Sequence record: SRR22947727_2348 | Strand: one strand, 5' to 3' | Length of the DNA stretch: 50,321 nucleotides | Shown: positions 18,627-28,773 of the stretch, one piece after another | How the letters are laid out: every line of letters starts with the position of its first letter | Numbering within the stretch: position 1 is the stretch's first letter | Program-made: the position numbers and the translations under genes | Notes under the pieces: model-generated | What the model saw: only the letters and a program-made list of their open reading frames with translations | Told to the model about the DNA's origin: nothing | The model's database searches: none

Positions 18627-20258
18627 ATGCAAGATACTAGTTCTCAACCAATTCCCAGACATAGAGTTTTAGCAAAAGTTACTAATTCAAAAAAATCAGC
18701 TTTTGAAAAAATACTCACGCCTGATGCTCTTTTGTTTTTGGCAGACCTAGAGAGAAGGTTTGGACCTCAACGTCGTATATTACTTGATAATCGTGAACTG
18801 CAGCAAGAAAGGTATGATGATGGTGAACTACCCACCCAGCCAAAGGAAACTGCCCACGTCAGGAATTCTATATGGGAAGTTGCAGCAAGTCCGAAAGTTC
18901 TACAAGATAGAAGAGTAGAAATAACTGGCCCAGTTGATCGAAAAATGATGATTAATGCACTTAACTCAGGTGCTAAAATATTTATGGCCGATTTTGAAGA
19001 TGCTAGTAGTCCTACATTTTCAAATATGATGAATGGTCAGCTAAATATGTATGACTACGCACGTGAAAAATTAACCCTTAAAACTGATAAAAAATCGTAT
19101 GAGTTGAACTCATCTACCTCCACTATGCTTGTTAGACCTCGGGGGTGGCACCTTGAGGAAGCTAATATAACAGTTGATGGCCGCCCTATGAGTGCAAGTC
19201 TTGTAGATTTTGGACTTCACATTTTTCATAATGGTTCATTATTAGCTAAAGATGAAAGAGGACCATTTTATTATTTACCAAAAATAGAAGCTTACCAAGA
19301 AGCAAGACTATGGAATGACATATTTAATTTTTCACAAGCAATACTAGACATCCCCAATGGAACCATAAAAGCAACTGTATTGATTGAAACACTCCCTGCA
19401 GCATTTCAGATGGAAGAAATTCTCTATGTTCTTCGTAACCACATAACTGGACTTAATTGTGGGAGATGGGATTATATCTTTAGTTACATCAAAACTCTTC
19501 GTAATCATAAGAAATACTTGTTACCAGACAGAGATCAAGTAGGAATGAATAGAGATTTTTTATCCGCTTATGCTGCACGCTTGATACAAGTATGTCATAA
19601 AAGACGTGCTCATGCGATGGGCGGTATGGCCGCACAAATACCAGTAAAAAATGATGACGTCGCTAATAAAGCCGCTTTTGACAAAGTGAAAATTGATAAA
19701 GAACGCGAAGCAAAACTTGGCCATGATGGTACCTGGGTAGCACATCCAGACTTAGTGGAAGTTGCAATGGGTGTTTTTGACAAAGAAATGCCGTCAAAAC
19801 ACCAGATTTTAAAAAAGCGTCAATCCCCAAGAATAACAGACGAATCCATGCTCTCTCCGCATAGCGGAAGTGTAACAGAAAAAGGAGTGAGAACTAACAT
19901 TGAAGTTGGCATAAAATACATAGCTGCTTGGCTTTCAGGAAGGGGAGCGGTTCCTATTCACAATCTAATGGAGGATGCAGCTACAGCTGAAATATCCCGA
20001 TCTCAGATATGGCAATGGCTAGCTCACAAAGCAACTGTAAAAATGGAGGGTGGGTACTCTGAAACATTATCCAGAAGATTGTATGACCGTCTATACAACG
20101 AGGAAATAATGAAAATTACTGAGGAGCTAGGGGCAGACAATTATATTGACGGTCGTTTTCCTGAAGCAGCAGAGCTGTTCACTAAGTCAGCTACAGCTCA
20201 AATATTACCTAACTTTTTAACCATACCAGCATATGAAATTTTGGAGAACGAAATATGA
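18627..20258 (+). CDS. aceB: Malate synthase A
   Basis: RRVEITGP, MADFED, VRPRGWHL, GLNCGRWDYIFS, LMEDAATAEISR; ATG 18627 has an AAGG SD (GTG 18618 is an alternative). Confidence 0.96.
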   Translation: MQDTSSQPIPRHRVLAKVTNSKKSAFEKILTPDALLFLADLERRFGPQRRILLDNRELQQERYDDGELPTQPKETAHVRNSIWEVAASPKVLQDRRVEITGPVDRKMMINALNSGAKIFMADFEDASSPTFSNMMNGQLNMYDYAREKLTLKTDKKSYELNSSTSTMLVRPRGWHLEEANITVDGRPMSASLVDFGLHIFHNGSLLAKDERGPFYYLPKIEAYQEARLWNDIFNFSQAILDIPNGTIKATVLIETLPAAFQMEEILYVLRNHITGLNCGRWDYIFSYIKTLRNHKKYLLPDRDQVGMNRDFLSAYAARLIQVCHKRRAHAMGGMAAQIPVKNDDVANKAAFDKVKIDKEREAKLGHDGTWVAHPDLVEVAMGVFDKEMPSKHQILKKRQSPRITDESMLSPHSGSVTEKGVRTNIEVGIKYIAAWLSGRGAVPIHNLMEDAATAEISRSQIWQWLAHKATVKMEGGYSETLSRRLYDRLYNEEIMKITEELGADNYIDGRFPEAAELFTKSATAQILPNFLTIPAYEILENEI

Positions 20259-21853
20259 CTTATTCAAAAACGCTTAATGAACTCAAAAAGCGCTTTCCTA
20301 ATGGTGCCCCGGCTAATATAAATCTTGAAGATTTAGCTCAGCTCAAAATTCAGAATACATTTGAAACTCATCTTGATATTGCAAAGTCTATGGCAACCCA
20401 GATGAGAAAGGACATGGAAGCCTACGACAAGGATTGTAGTAAATTTACTCAATCTCTAGGTTGCTGGTCAGGGTTTCATGCAATGCAAATGATGCGAGCC
20501 ATAAAACGACAAAAAGGGTCACTTGATGGGGCATATGTATATTTGTCAGGATGGATGGTTGCAGGTTTAAGAAATAGATTTGGACACTTACCAGATCAAT
20601 CAATGCATGAAAAAACTTCAGTAGTAGACCTTATACAAGAAATTTACACCTCTCTTCGCCAGGCAGATGAGGTTGAGCTAAATGATCTTTTTTCTAGGTT
20701 AAAAGTAGCTGAAAACGACCAAGAAAAAAATCAAATCATTGTTAAGATTGATAGCCATGAAACATATGTAAGACCTATTATAGCTGATATTGATGCTGGC
20801 TTCGGGAATGTACATGCAACATATCTACTTGCAAAGGAAATGATTAAAGCTGGAGCTTGTTGCCTGCAAATTGAAAATCAAGTTTCTGATGCAAAACAAT
20901 GTGGTCATCAAGATGGTAAAGTGACAGTTCCACGAGAGGACTTTATTGAAAAATTGCGAGCATGTAGAATGGCTTTTGAAGAACTTGGAGTTGATGACGG
21001 TGTGATTGTAGCGCGCACAGACAGTTTAGGAGCTGGTTTAACGCAAAAAATTCCAGTTTCAAAAAAAGTAGGAGACGCAGCATACGAATATACAAAATGG
21101 TTAGAAACTGAAGAAATAACCAATAATAATCCTCTCAAAGAAGGCGATATTGCACTTTATATAAATGATAAATTACAAAAGCCAGTCAGACTTCCAAATG
21201 GTCTATACAAGTTTAAACCAGGTACAGGTGAAGAGAGGGTCATCGAAGACTGTATATCCAGTTTAAATGAAGGAGGTGCTGATCTTTTATGGATTGAAAC
21301 TGCAACACCAAATGTTTCGCAAATAGCATCAATGGTTTCCAAAATTAGAGAAAAAGCACCGCACGCAAAACTAGCATATAATAATTCACCCTCATTTAAC
21401 TGGACTTTAAACCTTAGAAAACAAGTCAGAGAAGAGTGGGTATTATCGAGTAGAATTAATGAAGGTGATTACCCAAATGATATAAAGCTAATGTCCGCTA
21501 AATATGATAATGACAAACTGGGACTTGAAGCTGACTTAAGACTTCAAAACTTTCAAACTGACATTTCTCGTCAAGCAGGAGTCTTTCATAACCTTATTAC
21601 CTTACCCACTTTCCATGGCACAGCAAAAGTAATGAATGATCTTTCTGAGGGATATTTTGGCGATCAAAAAATGTTAGCTTATGTAAAAAACATTCAAAGA
21701 GAGGAAATACGTACAAACGTCTCTGCAGTTAAGCATCAACACGAGGTTGGGTCCAATCTTGGTGATAATTTTAAAGAAATGACAGGAGGAGAAAAAGCAT
21801 TAAAAGCTGGAGGTGAACATAATACAATGAATCAATTTGAAAATGCGGCTTAA
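20255..21853 (+). CDS. aceA: Isocitrate lyase (long, ~530-aa type)
   Basis: YLSGW, IADIDAGFG, QIENQVSDAKQCGHQDGK, YNNSPSFNW. Confidence 0.96.
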   Translation: MTYSKTLNELKKRFPNGAPANINLEDLAQLKIQNTFETHLDIAKSMATQMRKDMEAYDKDCSKFTQSLGCWSGFHAMQMMRAIKRQKGSLDGAYVYLSGWMVAGLRNRFGHLPDQSMHEKTSVVDLIQEIYTSLRQADEVELNDLFSRLKVAENDQEKNQIIVKIDSHETYVRPIIADIDAGFGNVHATYLLAKEMIKAGACCLQIENQVSDAKQCGHQDGKVTVPREDFIEKLRACRMAFEELGVDDGVIVARTDSLGAGLTQKIPVSKKVGDAAYEYTKWLETEEITNNNPLKEGDIALYINDKLQKPVRLPNGLYKFKPGTGEERVIEDCISSLNEGGADLLWIETATPNVSQIASMVSKIREKAPHAKLAYNNSPSFNWTLNLRKQVREEWVLSSRINEGDYPNDIKLMSAKYDNDKLGLEADLRLQNFQTDISRQAGVFHNLITLPTFHGTAKVMNDLSEGYFGDQKMLAYVKNIQREEIRTNVSAVKHQHEVGSNLGDNFKEMTGGEKALKAGGEHNTMNQFENAA

Positions 21854-21856
21854 TTA

Positions 21857-22588
21857 TTAAAATATATCCTTAGCTGCGCGGATTTCCCCTAACCGCGTTG
21901 CCGAAACAGCCCTTACAAATGGATTGCATTTTTTTTCTGAATCAACAGTTGTAGGTACGGTAGGCAATCCATCTGCTCTTAGCTTTTTCGCTTTTATAAT
22001 ATATTTCTTTAAATCATTATTTGAAGGCTCAACTGTGAGAGCAAATTCTGCATTAGAGAGAGTATATTCATGAGCACAATAAAGTTTTGTTTCATCAGGA
22101 AAACTGGATATTTTTTTTAATGAGTTATACATGTCCTCTTTTGAACCTTCAAATAATCGACCACAACCTAATGCAAATAATGTATCACCTACAAAAGCAG
22201 ACATTGCATCTGGTACATAGTAGATGATGTGATCCAAAGTATGACCAGGCGTAGATAATACATGTACATCATGAGTACCAAGTTTAAAGATTTCTTCCCC
22301 AAAAAGTGGGTTACTAAGCCCTGGAATTCTACCCTTCACAATTCCAGGCCCATATATTTTGGTACCAAACTTCTTTTTTAGGTCTAAGTTTCCACCAGTA
22401 TGATCTGCGTGATGATGAGTATTCCATATTTGAGTTAGATTCCATTTTCTTTCCAAACATGCAGCTTCAATTTTATCCACCTCAGGAGTATCAATAGAGA
22501 CAGTCTCACCTGAAGCATTATCATGAATCAAAATCCCATAATTATCACTCAAACATGGAAACAAAACGACCTCTAATTCATTACTCAT
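21857..22588 (-). CDS. gloB: Hydroxyacylglutathione hydrolase (glyoxalase II)
   Basis: THHHADHTGG, TPGHT, GDTLFALGCGR, CAHEYT. Confidence 0.95.
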   Translation of the reverse strand: MSNELEVVLFPCLSDNYGILIHDNASGETVSIDTPEVDKIEAACLERKWNLTQIWNTHHHADHTGGNLDLKKKFGTKIYGPGIVKGRIPGLSNPLFGEEIFKLGTHDVHVLSTPGHTLDHIIYYVPDAMSAFVGDTLFALGCGRLFEGSKEDMYNSLKKISSFPDETKLYCAHEYTLSNAEFALTVEPSNNDLKKYIIKAKKLRADGLPTVPTTVDSEKKCNPFVRAVSATRLGEIRAAKDIF

Positions 22589-22669
22589 AATTTAATATAC
22601 CTAGACCAAGAGAAAAAATTTATTTTAAAGTGATATAATTTATTAATTTTAACTTTATAGTTGTTCATA

Positions 22670-23065
22670 TCAATTACTTTTATGTGACCTTGATATGTTA
22701 CCAGTAACCCATAAAATTGAAAGAATTAATGGAAATTGAAGGGCTACCCTTATCCAAAGTTTAGTTGGGGTTGCAGTCATTTCCCCAAAAGGAATATTGT
22801 TCATTGCCATATATATGTTCGCCGGAAGAACCGCCAACAAGAAAGGGCATAATAACATTCCAGCAAGCTTTCGATATTTTGATTGTATGAGAAAAATTGC
22901 AAAGACTAATTCCATTAAACCAGTTATCCACACAATAAGTTTTGGAAAAGGAAGAATTGGAGGCACAATTGCAGTAAAGCTCTCCTCCTGGATAAAATGC
23001 ATTAAACCGGCATAAAAGAAGAAAATAGCAAAAAACCAAGAACCCGCAACCTTAAAATTATTCAT
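22670..23065 (-). CDS. DoxX-like membrane protein
   Basis: AGLMHF, IVPP, TGLMEL, PANIYMA; 4 TM; ATG 23065 preferred. Confidence 0.75.
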   Translation of the reverse strand: MNNFKVAGSWFFAIFFFYAGLMHFIQEESFTAIVPPILPFPKLIVWITGLMELVFAIFLIQSKYRKLAGMLLCPFLLAVLPANIYMAMNNIPFGEMTATPTKLWIRVALQFPLILSILWVTGNISRSHKSN

Positions 23066-23069
23066 ACTA

Positions 23070-24134
23070 TTAATTACTTTCCATTGCGGCAAGTCGGCTG
23101 GCTTGGTCCTCGGCTATTAATGGGTTCACAACATCATCAAGCTCATCACCTGCAATAATTTTATCTAACTTATAAAGAGTTAAATTAATTCGATGATCAG
23201 TCACTCTTCCTTGTGGGTAATTATATGTTCTAATGCGCTCGGACCTATCACCTGAACCAACCTGACCTTTACGTTCGTCCGCTCTCTCTGCATCAATTCT
23301 CTGTTTTTCTATATCGTAAAGTTTCATTTTTAATAGTCTTTCAGCATTCGCCCTATTCATATGTTGAGATTTTGCATCACAAATAACAACTACCCCAGTT
23401 GGTAAGTGAGTCATTCTTACAGCAGAGTCAGTTTTATTCACATGCTGCCCACCTGCACCAGATGCACGCATAGTATCAACCCTAACATCATTCATGGAAA
23501 AGCCAATATCTATGTCCTCCGGCTCAGGTAAAACTGCAACTGTCGCCGCGGAAGTATGGATACGACCCTGTGTTTCTGTTACAGGCACTCTCTGAACTCG
23601 ATGAACACCTGACTCAAATTTTAGTTTTCCATACACCCCCACGCCAGAAACTGATACTATTATTTCCTTATAACCGCCCATATCAGCCGAAGCGTCACTT
23701 TCGACTTCCACTTTCCAGCCTTGCAATTGAGAATAGCGTGAATACATACTAAACAAATCACCTACAAAAATAGCAGCTTCATCCCCACCAGTTCCAGCAC
23801 GAATTTCTAAGACAACAGATGCATTATCGTCTTTATCTTTTGGAAGTAAGAGTAGAGAAACTTCTTTTTCAATTTCTGGCAATTTATTTTTAAGTGATAG
23901 TATTTCTTCTTTTGCTATTGAACCCATTTCAGGGTCATCAAGCATAATCTCTAAATCTTCTATATCAATCCGTATAGACTGCAATTTTCGAACGCCCTCT
24001 ACAACAGGCTTCAGCTCAGCATAGTCTTTACCAAGCTGAACAATTTCATTACTATCTATTGCAACACCAAGTCTAGACTCAATTTGCTCAAAGCGTTCAA
24101 CAACTTGAGAGAGTTTTATGTTAGGTATATTCAT
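23070..24134 (-). CDS. prfA: Peptide chain release factor 1
   Basis: PVT specificity motif (VQRVPVTE), GAGGQHVN, RIRTYNYPQGR. Confidence 0.97.
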   Translation of the reverse strand: MNIPNIKLSQVVERFEQIESRLGVAIDSNEIVQLGKDYAELKPVVEGVRKLQSIRIDIEDLEIMLDDPEMGSIAKEEILSLKNKLPEIEKEVSLLLLPKDKDDNASVVLEIRAGTGGDEAAIFVGDLFSMYSRYSQLQGWKVEVESDASADMGGYKEIIVSVSGVGVYGKLKFESGVHRVQRVPVTETQGRIHTSAATVAVLPEPEDIDIGFSMNDVRVDTMRASGAGGQHVNKTDSAVRMTHLPTGVVVICDAKSQHMNRANAERLLKMKLYDIEKQRIDAERADERKGQVGSGDRSERIRTYNYPQGRVTDHRINLTLYKLDKIIAGDELDDVVNPLIAEDQASRLAAMESN

Positions 24135-24151
24135 ATATGCGGGATAAGCTT

Positions 24152-26161
24152 TTAAAATGAAGTCGACAAGCCGAAAAATAAAGTCCTTGGTCGACCAGGG
24201 AAATATCTTTCATTGCCGAAAGCATAATCAGCCCGGTCTGCATATTTTTTATCAAAAATATTATCAACCCTGCCAAAAAGTTTTTTGTTTTCGTCAAAAG
24301 CATAAGTAAATCTTGTTATAAATATATTATGGCCTGGATATTTATTTGTATTCCCAGGGTTTGTAAAATACCCCCCCACATGACGCCATTCTAATTCGAT
24401 TTTATTACTTACAGTCGGCAGAAAGGATAAGCGCATATGAGCTAGAGTATCGGGCGCTGAATCAACTCTTGAACCAGAAATTATGTTGTTTGCATTGGAG
24501 CCAATTATTTCATTAAAGCTATATGTATGTTTTGCCCAAGTCCCATCACCAGAAATTGACACCCAATCAGTTAAATAACCCATAAAACTAATCTCAATAC
24601 CTTGATGCCTTGTTTTTCCATTAACAACATTAAATCCATTTGAGTTTCTAAAGAAAAAATTATCTTTCCACATAGTGTAAGCAGAGAATTCAGCATCAAA
24701 AATACTTATTTTCCCTTTAAACCCTAACTCAAGGCTATCTAATGTCTCTATTTCTGCTTCACCCGCAACTTGATTTTGCTGCACTGAATACAAGTCAGAA
24801 ACTTGCGGAGCACGAGAACCTCGCGCTGCACGAAAATAAATCATATTTTTATTATCAAAGTTATAACTCAAAGAGGCTTTTGGGGTTATCGTTAAAAAAT
24901 TATCAATCCTATCCGCTACACGAATAAAGCGCCCTGATCGACCTACTGAAGCATTGTTATCATAATCATATTTAGTAAATTCTGCACGAGCACCAAGGTC
25001 TAATGTTATATTCTCAGATAGTTTATTATTTTTTTGAGCATATAAAGCTCCAACAAAGCTTGTAGTACTATAATCATAATGCAGCCCCTTAACAAAAGAA
25101 AAACGACTTTCATTTTCTTGGTACTCATCCAAAGAACCTTTTGTGAACTCAACGTCAGAACCAATATTAAAATCTTTATTATAATAAGCAATTTGAAGGC
25201 CAATAGAACTATGTCTATTCTTCTCTAACGCTTGGCCTGGAACAAAATGACGAAGAAAACGTAAATCCACATGTCTGGCATAAGGTGTAAATGCTAATGT
25301 ATTTCCATTATTATAACTTCTCTCAATTCTTAATTGAGACCTATAACTCTTTCCATCTCTGAAAGCCTCAGGGTTAGGGTTAGTAAAACGAATGTCGTCT
25401 TCCAAATAAACGTCATCTCCCTGAATAAACCCTGCTGTTTCTTGGTTCAAATTATTAAACGATGAAAGCCAATTTATGTCCCAGACGTTAAAGTCATTAG
25501 AATATTTAAATTGAAGCTTTTGCTGGTCAAAACCAGAATTTTCTCTAAAGCCGTTATCGTGTAAAATTGAAACTGAGACATTGACTGGTAAGGCCGATGT
25601 AGATGCTATCGCTGATTTGTATCCGTCCTCGCTCATTATAAAAATAATTTTATCATCATTAATTTTTTTATTCTGAAAATTAATTAGCCCATGCACTGCA
25701 TTCGAACCATATTGTACAGGTCCGGGACCCTTCAAAACCTCAATCTGGTTTGAGAACTCTGCTGACGCCTCAAACAATCCGTTTACGTTTGAAAAACCTG
25801 CAGCTCTCAAAGGTACGCCATCTTCCAAATATAAAAAACTACCTGCGCCAGAGCCGCCAGTTAAAACTGGGGATCTAATTGATGTAAGGTGTTCTTGACC
25901 ACTACCGCGATGAATATTCACACCAGAAATTCCATTTAAAGCCTCAGATAAATGAGTGGGTGATATGTTAGTATATTGACTGGATGACAAAATACTGATT
26001 GCAGTAGGTACCTCATTTATTTTTTTTGATTGATCATAGATACCCTCAACATAAATTTCCTCTTCAGAATTGGATAATATTTCGGTATCAAGCTTTTTTT
26101 CGTAGCCTTGAGCTATGGGAGCTATAGTTATAAACAATAAAACGGGAATTAATTTTTTCAT
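24152..26161 (-). CDS. TonB-dependent receptor
   Basis: Signal peptide, TonB-box-like EEIYVEG, plug motif IEVLKGPGPVQYGSNA.HG.IN, DNIFDKKY, PGRPRT, C-terminal Phe. Confidence 0.92.
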   Translation of the reverse strand: MKKLIPVLLFITIAPIAQGYEKKLDTEILSNSEEEIYVEGIYDQSKKINEVPTAISILSSSQYTNISPTHLSEALNGISGVNIHRGSGQEHLTSIRSPVLTGGSGAGSFLYLEDGVPLRAAGFSNVNGLFEASAEFSNQIEVLKGPGPVQYGSNAVHGLINFQNKKINDDKIIFIMSEDGYKSAIASTSALPVNVSVSILHDNGFRENSGFDQQKLQFKYSNDFNVWDINWLSSFNNLNQETAGFIQGDDVYLEDDIRFTNPNPEAFRDGKSYRSQLRIERSYNNGNTLAFTPYARHVDLRFLRHFVPGQALEKNRHSSIGLQIAYYNKDFNIGSDVEFTKGSLDEYQENESRFSFVKGLHYDYSTTSFVGALYAQKNNKLSENITLDLGARAEFTKYDYDNNASVGRSGRFIRVADRIDNFLTITPKASLSYNFDNKNMIYFRAARGSRAPQVSDLYSVQQNQVAGEAEIETLDSLELGFKGKISIFDAEFSAYTMWKDNFFFRNSNGFNVVNGKTRHQGIEISFMGYLTDWVSISGDGTWAKHTYSFNEIIGSNANNIISGSRVDSAPDTLAHMRLSFLPTVSNKIELEWRHVGGYFTNPGNTNKYPGHNIFITRFTYAFDENKKLFGRVDNIFDKKYADRADYAFGNERYFPGRPRTLFFGLSTSF

Positions 26162-26238
26162 GTAGAGGCTATGCCTGAAATTTTTAATTTTTCAAATAAA
26201 ATATTGACGAAATACAACGATAACTCCAAAAGTTTATT

Positions 26239-28179
26239 ATGAAATTAGGTACCTGTTATTATCCAGAACATTGGCCAGAAAAAATGTGGGATAATGATGC
26301 CTCCACCATGGTAAAATTAGGTATACAACAAGTTAGAATAGGTGAGTTTTCTTGGTCAAGAATTGAGCCTTCACGTAATAACTTTAAATGGAATTGGCTT
26401 GATAAAGCTATAGAAACTCTTGCAAAATATAATTTAAAGATAATTATGTGTACGCCGACAGCTACTCCTCCAAAGTGGCTAATTGATGAAATACCTGAGA
26501 TACTCGCATTAAACGAAACAAAGCAAATAAGAAATTTTGGTTCTAGGCGTCATTACTGTTTTTCATCAGAGAACTATCGTGAAGAAAGTCGCCGCATTAC
26601 AAAAATTCTATTAAATAGATATGGGAAAAATCCTAATATTATATCATGGCAAACAGACAATGAGTATGGTTGCCATGATACAGTTATTAGTTATTCGTCA
26701 ATGGCAAAAAAAGCATTCCAAGAATGGCTTAAAGTTAAATATATTAATATTAAAAACTTAAATATGGCATGGGGCAATGTCTTTTGGTCCCAAGAGTACA
26801 ATACTTTTGAACAAATTCTTTTACCCAATAATACCGTGACTGAAGCTAACCCAGCGCATATTTTAGATTTTAGGCGTTTCAGTTCGGATCAAGTTATCAG
26901 TTTTAATAAGGAACAGATCAACATAATACGCACTCACTCTGATGCGCTTATAACACATAATTGTATGGGCCATTTTACATCTTTTGATCACTACACTCTT
27001 GGAAAGGATATTGATGTAATAACATGGGATAGTTACCCCTTGGGTTTTTTAGATCAAGGCTGGTCAACTGAAAAAGAAAAAATACAATGGATGCGCACTG
27101 GACACCCAGACTTTGCAGCTTTCCATCATGATCTTTATAGAAATTGCTCAAAAGGACGATGGGGAGTGATGGAACAACAACCGGGACCTGTAAACTGGGC
27201 TCCAAATAACCCAGCGCCAGAAAATGGTATGGTCAAGTTATGGACACTTGAAGCAGCAGCACATGGTGCAGAATACTGTTCATATTTTCGATGGCGTCAA
27301 GCTCCATTTGGCCAAGAACAAAACCATGCAGGGCTTTTTGACTCACGAAATAGAATTTCTCAGGGAGGACTCGAAGTTTCAGAAATTAAAATCTTATTAG
27401 AACGTTTAAAGTCTCTAGAGAATCATAACACTAATGTTGCCTTGATGTTTGATTACCCTTCTAAATGGATGTTTGACATACAGCCACAAGGTAGAGAGTG
27501 GAATTATGAAAAATTGTGTTTTGAATTTTACACAACACTTAGACGTCTCGGGCTATCTATAGATATTATAAGTCCAGATCATGATATTTCAAAATACAAA
27601 CTCGTTGTAGCGCCAAGCTTACCAATAATTCCAGATAACCTACTAAAGCTTGCAAAAAGCTCAGAAACTAAAATACTTTTTGGTCCTAGGTCAGGCTCAA
27701 AAACTTCAGAATATCAAACACCCCCTGAATACCCTTTCAGTAAAGACTTTCAATTTGTTAAATCTGAGTCTATTCGTGCTGGCGCTTCACTTAAAATTAA
27801 TATGAATAATAAAGCTTATCATTCAAAAAACTGGAGAGATATAATTGAATGCGAAAACATTAATAATATAAAGTTCATTGATGGACATCCAGCTTATATA
27901 AATCAAGAATATTATGACTATCTAGCAACATGGCCTTCACATGAACTCTTAAAGGACATACTTATCACTCTAACCAAAAAACTTGCAATAAAAACTATAA
28001 ATCTACCTGAAAACATTCGAATTCGGCATACGAAAGATATGACATTTGCATTTAATTACAGTGATGAAACAGTTGATATTAGTGAACTGGTATCTAATGC
28101 TATATTTACATATGGAGGATCCAAATTAGGTCCCCATGAAGTATCAATTTGGGAAACCCAAATGAAAGAAATAGTTTAA
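26239..28179 (+). CDS. Beta-galactosidase, glycoside hydrolase family 42
   Basis: CYYPEHW, GEFSWS, TPTATPP.W, WQTDNEYGCH (acid/base), MEQQPG (nucleophile); no signal peptide. Confidence 0.93.
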   Translation: MKLGTCYYPEHWPEKMWDNDASTMVKLGIQQVRIGEFSWSRIEPSRNNFKWNWLDKAIETLAKYNLKIIMCTPTATPPKWLIDEIPEILALNETKQIRNFGSRRHYCFSSENYREESRRITKILLNRYGKNPNIISWQTDNEYGCHDTVISYSSMAKKAFQEWLKVKYINIKNLNMAWGNVFWSQEYNTFEQILLPNNTVTEANPAHILDFRRFSSDQVISFNKEQINIIRTHSDALITHNCMGHFTSFDHYTLGKDIDVITWDSYPLGFLDQGWSTEKEKIQWMRTGHPDFAAFHHDLYRNCSKGRWGVMEQQPGPVNWAPNNPAPENGMVKLWTLEAAAHGAEYCSYFRWRQAPFGQEQNHAGLFDSRNRISQGGLEVSEIKILLERLKSLENHNTNVALMFDYPSKWMFDIQPQGREWNYEKLCFEFYTTLRRLGLSIDIISPDHDISKYKLVVAPSLPIIPDNLLKLAKSSETKILFGPRSGSKTSEYQTPPEYPFSKDFQFVKSESIRAGASLKINMNNKAYHSKNWRDIIECENINNIKFIDGHPAYINQEYYDYLATWPSHELLKDILITLTKKLAIKTINLPENIRIRHTKDMTFAFNYSDETVDISELVSNAIFTYGGSKLGPHEVSIWETQMKEIV

Positions 28180-28221
28180 CAGGACCTTGCTTAAAAGCGA
28201 AAGTACAGACAAGATTGAATT

Positions 28222-28773
28222 ATGGAAATTAAAAAATTTAATATTCTTGGTCCATTACTTTTTCAGCCAAAAAAACAGGTTGATGATCGTGGCTATTTTG
28301 CCGAAACATTCAAACAAAACACCTTTAAACAAGCAACAGGCTCCAATCTATTATTTGTGCAAGATAATCTTTCTGTATCAATAAAAAAAGGGACGCTAAG
28401 AGGTTTACACTTTCAAATGCCTGATCAGGCACAAGGAAAACTCGTGAGCTGTCGAAAGGGTTCTATATTAGACGTTATAGTCGATATCAGAAAAAATTCT
28501 GATACTTATGCAAAATATATTGCTATAGAGTTAAGCGAGAAATCGCCTGATCAATTATGGGTACCCCCAGGTTTTCTGCATGGCTACATAACCACCCAAA
28601 ACAATTGTGAAGTAGTATATAAAGTAACCAATTATTACTGTCCCAAATCAGAGTCTACCATAGTATGGAATGACAAATCATTAGATATTAACTGGGGCAC
28701 CAATAACCCTATAGTTTCAGAAAAAGATAAAATAGGTAAAAACTTCAATTCTTTTGAAAGTCCTTTTCTATGA
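28222..28773 (+). CDS. rmlC: dTDP-4-dehydrorhamnose 3,5-epimerase
   Basis: DDRGYFAE, RGLHFQ, VPPGFLHG. Confidence 0.95.
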   Translation: MEIKKFNILGPLLFQPKKQVDDRGYFAETFKQNTFKQATGSNLLFVQDNLSVSIKKGTLRGLHFQMPDQAQGKLVSCRKGSILDVIVDIRKNSDTYAKYIAIELSEKSPDQLWVPPGFLHGYITTQNNCEVVYKVTNYYCPKSESTIVWNDKSLDINWGTNNPIVSEKDKIGKNFNSFESPFL

